From Sinobacterium norvegicum (lineage in GTDB: Bacteria; Pseudomonadota; Gammaproteobacteria; Pseudomonadales; Sinobacteriaceae): a stretch of DNA of 32,000 nt. Position numbers and translations under genes: made by a program. Each line of letters begins with the position of its first letter. The first letter of the stretch is position 1. Below the pieces are notes generated by a model that did not search any database, was not told the DNA's origin, and saw nothing but the letters and a program-made list of their open reading frames with translations. The stretch is from NCBI RefSeq assembly GCF_923077115.1, contig NZ_CAKLPX010000001.1, forward strand, positions 1,799,565 to 1,831,564, given 5' to 3'. This document shows positions 27,145 to 32,000 of this stretch, in pieces.

Positions 27145-27738
27145 TTAGCTGTCTTTCATCATGTGACCGAGTTTGCCGGCCTTAGTCGCCAAATATTTCT
27201 CATTATGGGGGTTCTTACCAGTGCGTAGCGGTATTCTTTTCGCCACGTTAACACCCATTTCCTGTAGCGCCTTAACCTTGCGCGGGTTATTGGTCATCAG
27301 GTTAACCGCCGCAATACTGAGGTGTTCCAGCATCTGCTGACAAATACTGTAATCACGCATATCGGCGCCAAAACCTAAGGCCTCATTGGCCTCGACGGTA
27401 TCCGCTCCCTCGTCCTGCAACTTGTAAGCTTTAATCTTGTTCAATAAGCCAATGCCACGGCCTTCCTGACGCAGATACAAAATAGCACCGCGCCCCTCTT
27501 TAGCAATGGCCTCCATCGCCGCCTCTAGCTGTGAACCACAGTCACAGCGAAGGCTGAACAGGGCATCGCCAGTAAGACACTCTGAATGTACTCGGGCCAA
27601 TACCGGCTCACCATCACTTACATCGCCTAGCGATAAAATAATATGCTCTTTTTTTGTATCGATATCTTCGTAACCGTGCATATCGAATACAGCCCACTGG
27701 GTGGGCAATTTTGATGACTCTACGTAACGGACCGGCAT
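27145..27738 (-). CDS. ribA: GTP cyclohydrolase II
   Basis: 197 aa. [29 protein letters not shown] zinc/catalytic region is nearly identical to E. coli RibA. Confidence 0.93.
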   Translation of the reverse strand: MPVRYVESSKLPTQWAVFDMHGYEDIDTKKEHIILSLGDVSDGEPVLARVHSECLTGDALFSLRCDCGSQLEAAMEAIAKEGRGAILYLRQEGRGIGLLNKIKAYKLQDEGADTVEANEALGFGADMRDYSICQQMLEHLSIAAVNLMTNNPRKVKALQEMGVNVAKRIPLRTGKNPHNEKYLATKAGKLGHMMKDS

Positions 27739-27793
27739 CCCAAAACTCCTAAGCCTGTCTTATATTGGGGGCGTAATTCTACCAGCAAACCAA

Positions 27794-27821
27794 GGCGCTG
27801 GCTAACCTGTTAGCCAGCGCC
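27794..27821 (-). terminator. Strong hairpin downstream of the aspartic-protease gene (probable terminator)
   Basis: GGCGCTGGCTAAC-CT-GTTAGCCAGCGCC (13-nt arms), 13 nt after the stop. The downstream tract on the minus strand (TTGGTTTGCTGG) is only moderately U-rich. Confidence 0.55.
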
Positions 27822-27834
27822 CTCAACAACAGTG

Positions 27835-28494
27835 TTACTTCGTCAAATAAAGCACGCCATTTTTATGGCTGACTTCAACATGATTCAAAAAACTCATGCC
27901 CAATAAGACCTCTCGCATGGGGCTTTGATTGACAATGGCGTCGACGCCACTGACGCTGATCCCACCGACACTGACATTGTTGAGAGTAATTTTATAGCCA
28001 TTGACCACGCCGCTGGCAGTACCCACCTGTATTGGTATGCCGGCGAGGTAATTAATCCCCAAAGTCTTCGCTGTCGAGATACTCATAGCGACACTGGTGG
28101 CACCGGTATCCACCAGAAACTTTACTCCACGGCCATTAATGCTCCCGCTGGTAATAAATTGGTCATAGCCATTATTATTGACCGCCACCGTCACTGACTC
28201 GGCCTGCTTGTAGTTATTGTTGATCCGCCTACTCAGACCAAGGGTGTATTGTTTGCCGTCGATTAATAGCTTGGCCTGCTGTTTATTGGCCGAGATCAGC
28301 TTGATGCCCTCTGGGCTGGTTTGACCGGCACGCAACATACGCTGTTTGCCATTAATGTCTAATATAGCGCCGTTATTAAACAAACCGCTGACGACGACGT
28401 CTGGACCGGCCATCACGCGATGACAGCTGAATAAGAAAATAATCATCAGCCCAAAAGTAAAAAATACGACGCGCGCTCTTCCCTGGTAACTCAT
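27835..28494 (-). CDS. Membrane-anchored retropepsin-like (clan AA) aspartic protease, TIGR02281-like
   Basis: 219 aa. N-terminal TM anchor, linker domain, then FLVDTGATSVAMS (DTG catalytic motif) and LLGMSFL flap/dimer motif. Confidence 0.7.
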   Translation of the reverse strand: MSYQGRARVVFFTFGLMIIFLFSCHRVMAGPDVVVSGLFNNGAILDINGKQRMLRAGQTSPEGIKLISANKQQAKLLIDGKQYTLGLSRRINNNYKQAESVTVAVNNNGYDQFITSGSINGRGVKFLVDTGATSVAMSISTAKTLGINYLAGIPIQVGTASGVVNGYKITLNNVSVGGISVSGVDAIVNQSPMREVLLGMSFLNHVEVSHKNGVLYLTK

Positions 28495-28898
28495 CTGTGG
28501 TCGCCTTTATTTAACTGTCTCAACATCTTAGTAGTCGTCCTAGCGCAGCTAGTATAACCCCCTATAGGTCAGCAACTACAGTACGAGGCGCTTTTTTATG
28601 ATTTTTTGATGTCACCACCAGCCAAACACTCACCCTTCAATGTAATAATGTATCAAGTAAATAACCCAGAGTAATTATCAAGAGAATATAAAATTACAAA
28701 TGAGAGCTATTGATTATTATCATTCGGTAATCTTGAGCAAAAAACAACCTATAAGTAGGGGGTTTTCACCGTCCCACTCAGTACATCACCGTATACATTC
28801 GCGTCTAGTCCGGATAAATATTTTGCCAATAGAAATCATAATAGCCCCACGCAAAAACAACCGATACACAATTACAGCCATGCCAGTGGAGTTATACC

Positions 28899-29501
28899 AT
28901 GAAGAAAATCATTACCGCCATCACCCTACCCGCCGCTCTTCTCGCCAGCAGCATCGCCACAGCGAATGACTCAGGCTTTTACGGCAGCGTCGGTATTAGC
29001 TACTCTGACCATACCGTCAGCGCTGGTGCAGCAGACCTTTTTGTCAATGAAATCAAGCGCGACGACACGGGTTATAATTTCACCGGCGGCTATCAGTTCA
29101 ACCAATACTTTGGCGTAGAAGCCAGCTACTACGACTTCGGTAGCGTCAGTCGCTCCTACGGTGATGTCAACGCTAAGGCAAAAGCCAATGCCTGGGGCTT
29201 CGCCGCTGTCGGTACGCTGCCAATCAGCGAGCAGTTCAGCCTGTACGGCAAGCTTGGTGCCTCTCAATTCAACAGCGAATTGAAATATAGTGATGACATT
29301 GGTACCGCTAAATACAGCGATAAAGATTTCACCGCCTACTACGGCATTGGCGCCTCATTTGCCGTCACTCAGAGCGCTGAGATTTACCTTGAAACCATCA
29401 AATTTGACTTCGATGGCACCAGCGATGTGGTTGGCAATACCAGCCTGAACTACAACCACGATGTGCTCAATACCAGCCTCGGTCTCCGCATGAAATTTTA
29501 A
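28899..29501 (+). CDS. Small outer-membrane beta-barrel protein (OMP_b-brl / OmpA-like barrel family)
   Basis: 200 aa. Signal peptide ending SSIATA-ND, alternating aromatic/Gly-rich beta-strand pattern, C-terminal LGLRMKF with terminal Phe. Confidence 0.75.
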   Translation: MKKIITAITLPAALLASSIATANDSGFYGSVGISYSDHTVSAGAADLFVNEIKRDDTGYNFTGGYQFNQYFGVEASYYDFGSVSRSYGDVNAKAKANAWGFAAVGTLPISEQFSLYGKLGASQFNSELKYSDDIGTAKYSDKDFTAYYGIGASFAVTQSAEIYLETIKFDFDGTSDVVGNTSLNYNHDVLNTSLGLRMKF

Positions 29502-29514
29502 AGAAAAAAGGCAC

Positions 29515-29544
29515 AAAAAAAACCGGCTATTAGCCGGTTTTTTT
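29515..29544. terminator. Bidirectional intrinsic terminator between the OMP gene and thiDE
   Basis: AAAAAAAA-CCGGCTATTAGCCGG-TTTTTTT, a perfect palindromic stem with flanking A and T runs. Confidence 0.85.
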
Positions 29545-29561
29545 GTCGATGCAGAGCAGCA

Positions 29562-31058
29562 TTAAGAATGCCCTGTCCCCACCGCCGCTATTAACTGCTC
29601 GGTTGCCAAACGCCAGTCTTTGGCCTTGGTAATAGCACTGACCAAGGCAATACTGCCTACGCCAGTCTTATTCACCTCGATCGCCCGTGGCAGATCTATA
29701 CCACCGATGGCCACCACGGGATAACATGGCATCGTGACTTGCAACCACTGACTAAGTTGCTGCAACCCCTGGGGGCCAAAACGCATCTCTTTCGTTGTCG
29801 TCGAATAGATTGGGCCGATAGCGATATAACTCGGCCCTATTGCATGTGCCCTGGCGAGTTCGGACCAAGCATGAGTGCTGACCCCCAATCGCAACCCCGC
29901 AGCGGCAATAGCCTCCACACTGGCATCATCAAGATCTTCCTGACCCAGATGTACACCATAAGCACCGCAATCAATCGCCAACTGCCAGTAATCGTTAATA
30001 TATAAGCGTGCCTGATACTGCTGTGACAGAGCCACAACATGCTCAACCTCTGCCCGCAATGCGTCACCGGACAAATCTTTAACGCGGAGCTGAATCGTTT
30101 TAACACCTAAGGACAACAGCCGGGCAACCCACTCACTGCTGTCGACCACAGGATAGAGCCCCAGCTTATCGACCTCTCGGACAAAAGCGATTTTTTTAGT
30201 TTTCGGAAACTGTTTAAACAACTTCGGTAGATGCTGTGATTTGCTAGGGAAGCCCATATGGGCGATAGGTCCGTGACTTTGGCCAAGTTGTTCACCCGCA
30301 TCAATACCCTCGCTAATATAAGCCTTGGCAGCAGTAACAGCATCTTCAATATCCAGACCACGAGCCAGCAATGCCGCTATCGCCGAGGACAGGGTACAAC
30401 CGCTGCCATGGTTATTTCCATTGTCGATTAAATCGCCGCGCAGCCAAAAACGCTGCTGTTTATCGATAAAAAAGTCATAACAGTAATTGCCATCAAGCCC
30501 CTGATTATCAGGACTAAAATGATTGTGTCCACCCTTGATTAAAACCGCAGCGGCGCCACTGGCGAGAATGACCTCTGCCATCTCCTCAATTTTCTCAGGG
30601 CTGGACGCCACCATTGAGGTTAATGCTTCAGCCTCGGGTATATTAGGCGTTATCAGGCTGCAGTGCGGAAACAATCGATCGATTAAACTACTCCGAGCTC
30701 CCTCATCTAGTAGTAAACTGCCGCTGGTTGAAATCATTACCGGATCACAAACAACAGGTATCGTTAGGCCCGCAACAAAATCAGCAACGGTATTAATGAT
30801 CTCGTGATTAAACAGCATACCCAGCTTGATCGCCGTTGCTGGCAAGTCCGTATTCAGCGCAGCAATCTCTGCTTGAATATGCGCCACAGGGGTGGCTTCA
30901 ATGGCGCTGACGGCCACAGAATTTTGCGCCGTCAAGGCGGTGATGACCGTACAACCGTGAACAGAAAAATCATTAAATGTAGCTAAATCGGCTTGAATGC
31001 CAGCACCACCACCGCTATCGGAGCCGGCAATCGTCCAGACAATAGGTTTCTTATTCAT
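29562..31058 (-). CDS. thiDE: Bifunctional hydroxymethylpyrimidine/phosphomethylpyrimidine kinase (ThiD) fused to thiamine-phosphate synthase (ThiE)
   Basis: 498 aa. N-terminal ThiD (TIAGSDSGGGAGIQADL, GSGCTLSSAIAA). C-terminal ThiE-like TIM barrel (GLYPVVDS...LRVKD...VHLGQEDL...VAIGGI). Confidence 0.9.
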   Translation of the reverse strand: MNKKPIVWTIAGSDSGGGAGIQADLATFNDFSVHGCTVITALTAQNSVAVSAIEATPVAHIQAEIAALNTDLPATAIKLGMLFNHEIINTVADFVAGLTIPVVCDPVMISTSGSLLLDEGARSSLIDRLFPHCSLITPNIPEAEALTSMVASSPEKIEEMAEVILASGAAAVLIKGGHNHFSPDNQGLDGNYCYDFFIDKQQRFWLRGDLIDNGNNHGSGCTLSSAIAALLARGLDIEDAVTAAKAYISEGIDAGEQLGQSHGPIAHMGFPSKSQHLPKLFKQFPKTKKIAFVREVDKLGLYPVVDSSEWVARLLSLGVKTIQLRVKDLSGDALRAEVEHVVALSQQYQARLYINDYWQLAIDCGAYGVHLGQEDLDDASVEAIAAAGLRLGVSTHAWSELARAHAIGPSYIAIGPIYSTTTKEMRFGPQGLQQLSQWLQVTMPCYPVVAIGGIDLPRAIEVNKTGVGSIALVSAITKAKDWRLATEQLIAAVGTGHS

Positions 31059-31079
31059 CGCGTATTCTCTCAGGCGGTG

Positions 31080-31871
31080 TTAATCGTTGTGCCAAAAAGG
31101 CTGACCAACCACTGGCGAACTAGGGGAGGCGGTATCTCGAGCCGGCATAGCGCCAGCCAGATAGGCGCTTCGCCCTGCTTCGATTGACTGGCCAAAAGCC
31201 GCGGCCATGGCGACAGGGTCTTGCGCCAAGGCGACTGCGCTGTTCAGCAACACCGCATCATAGCCCAACTCCATCGCCTGACTGGCATGGGAGGGCAGAC
31301 CGATACCCGCATCGACAACCAGCGTCAATTCAGGCAGCCGCTGGCGCAGTGTTTTCAGTGCATAAGGGTTGAGCAGGCCTTGGCCTGTACCAATTGGCGC
31401 CCCCCAGGGCATTAAAATATTACAGCCAAGCTCAGCCAGCTTGGTGCACAGCACTAGGTCATCCGTGCAGTAAGGAAACACCTCAAAACCCTGTTCAATC
31501 AGCTCCTTTGTTGCCTCCAACAGAGAAAAAGGATCCGGTTGCAGGTTGTAATCATCACCAATCACCTCCAGTTTAATCCAGTTGGTGTCGAAAACTTCCC
31601 GAGCCATTAACGCTGTATTAACAGCCTCTTTCACTGTTGAGCAGCCGGCAGTATTGGGTAACACATCAACATTTAATTGTTTGATTTGCTGCCAAAACGC
31701 CTCGCCATCCTGATTATCCTGCGCTGCTTGGCGACGTAACGACACCGTCACCACCTGTGATCGGGAAGCTTCAATAGCCTGACACATTACCTGAGGCGAA
31801 GGGTATAGGGCGCTGCCGATAAAAAATCGACTGGCGAACGTTTTGTTACCTAAGATTAACGGATCACTCAT
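31080..31871 (-). CDS. thiG: Thiazole synthase
   Basis: 263 aa. Typical ThiG sequence ([28 protein letters not shown]-like [14 protein letters not shown]). Confidence 0.95.
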   Translation of the reverse strand: MSDPLILGNKTFASRFFIGSALYPSPQVMCQAIEASRSQVVTVSLRRQAAQDNQDGEAFWQQIKQLNVDVLPNTAGCSTVKEAVNTALMAREVFDTNWIKLEVIGDDYNLQPDPFSLLEATKELIEQGFEVFPYCTDDLVLCTKLAELGCNILMPWGAPIGTGQGLLNPYALKTLRQRLPELTLVVDAGIGLPSHASQAMELGYDAVLLNSAVALAQDPVAMAAAFGQSIEAGRSAYLAGAMPARDTASPSSPVVGQPFWHND

Positions 31872-31873
31872 TT

Positions 31874-32000
31874 TTAGCCTCCTGATATAGGGCTGACAAC
31901 ATCGACTTTATCGCCGGCAGCTAATAGCTGTTGGCCATATTGGCTGCGAGCGACAAACTCGCCGTTAATCGCTACGGCAATTTTTTTCTCTACATCATAA
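31874..32000 (-). CDS. thiS: Sulfur-carrier protein ThiS (C-terminal part; gene continues beyond the window)
   Basis: Not in the ORF track. Minus-strand translation reads ...[40 protein letters not shown]-stop. The C-terminal GG is diagnostic. The stop lies 2 nt before the thiG ATG. Confidence 0.8.
   Translation of the reverse strand, partial: YDVEKKIAVAINGEFVARSQYGQQLLAAGDKVDVVSPISGG

Noticed and set aside
28700-28969. An 89-aa His/Arg-rich ORF spanning the protease/OMP spacer and the OMP start.
   Set aside because: It overlaps the OMP signal-peptide coding region in another frame and has a low-complexity basic composition. It is not credible as a gene.
1-32000. A scan for CRISPR arrays, IS elements or transposases, integrases, prophage genes, toxin-antitoxin pairs and known defence-system signatures.
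   Set aside because: None were seen. The only exact long repeat is the tRNA-Asp duplication, and no regularly spaced direct repeats or terminal inverted repeats flank any ORF.

Overview
This window looks like chromosomal DNA from a gammaproteobacterium (possibly marine; I cannot name the taxon from sequence alone). It is densely coded and mostly core metabolism. Left to right: (1) the first four genes, on the minus strand, of an aryl-polyene (APE)-type type II PKS-like lipid or pigment operon: a ketosynthase-like chain-length factor, an LPLAT acyltransferase and two tandem ACPs. (2) A complete clade-I nitrous-oxide reductase cluster, nosRZDFYL, with an FNR/DNR-type box upstream. (3) An O-methyltransferase-like gene and a 120-aa orphan. 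(4) aceK and an exported or anchored hypothetical. (5) Two identical tandem tRNA-Asp(GUC) genes behind a near-consensus promoter. (6) A small module of unknown function after the tRNAs: an MmyB-like XRE regulator, a SAM methyltransferase and a convergent acidic 109-aa protein. (7) A FadE-type long acyl-CoA dehydrogenase divergent from an LLM-class flavin oxidoreductase, separated by a 439-bp spacer dense in inverted repeats. (8) polB, a small membrane protein, then xseB-ispA-dxs, ribA, a membrane-anchored retropepsin-like aspartic protease, a small OM beta-barrel protein, and thiS(partial)-thiG-thiDE. I found no transposase, integrase, CRISPR array, toxin-antitoxin pair or recognisable defence genes. 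I cannot support a clear novel multi-gene system. The best candidates for follow-up are the post-tRNA regulator/methyltransferase/acidic-protein module, the repeat-rich fadE/LLM control region, the apparently lower-GC nos module and its shared control region with the APE operon, and the two long structured intergenic regions (23.56-23.95 kb and 28.5-28.9 kb).
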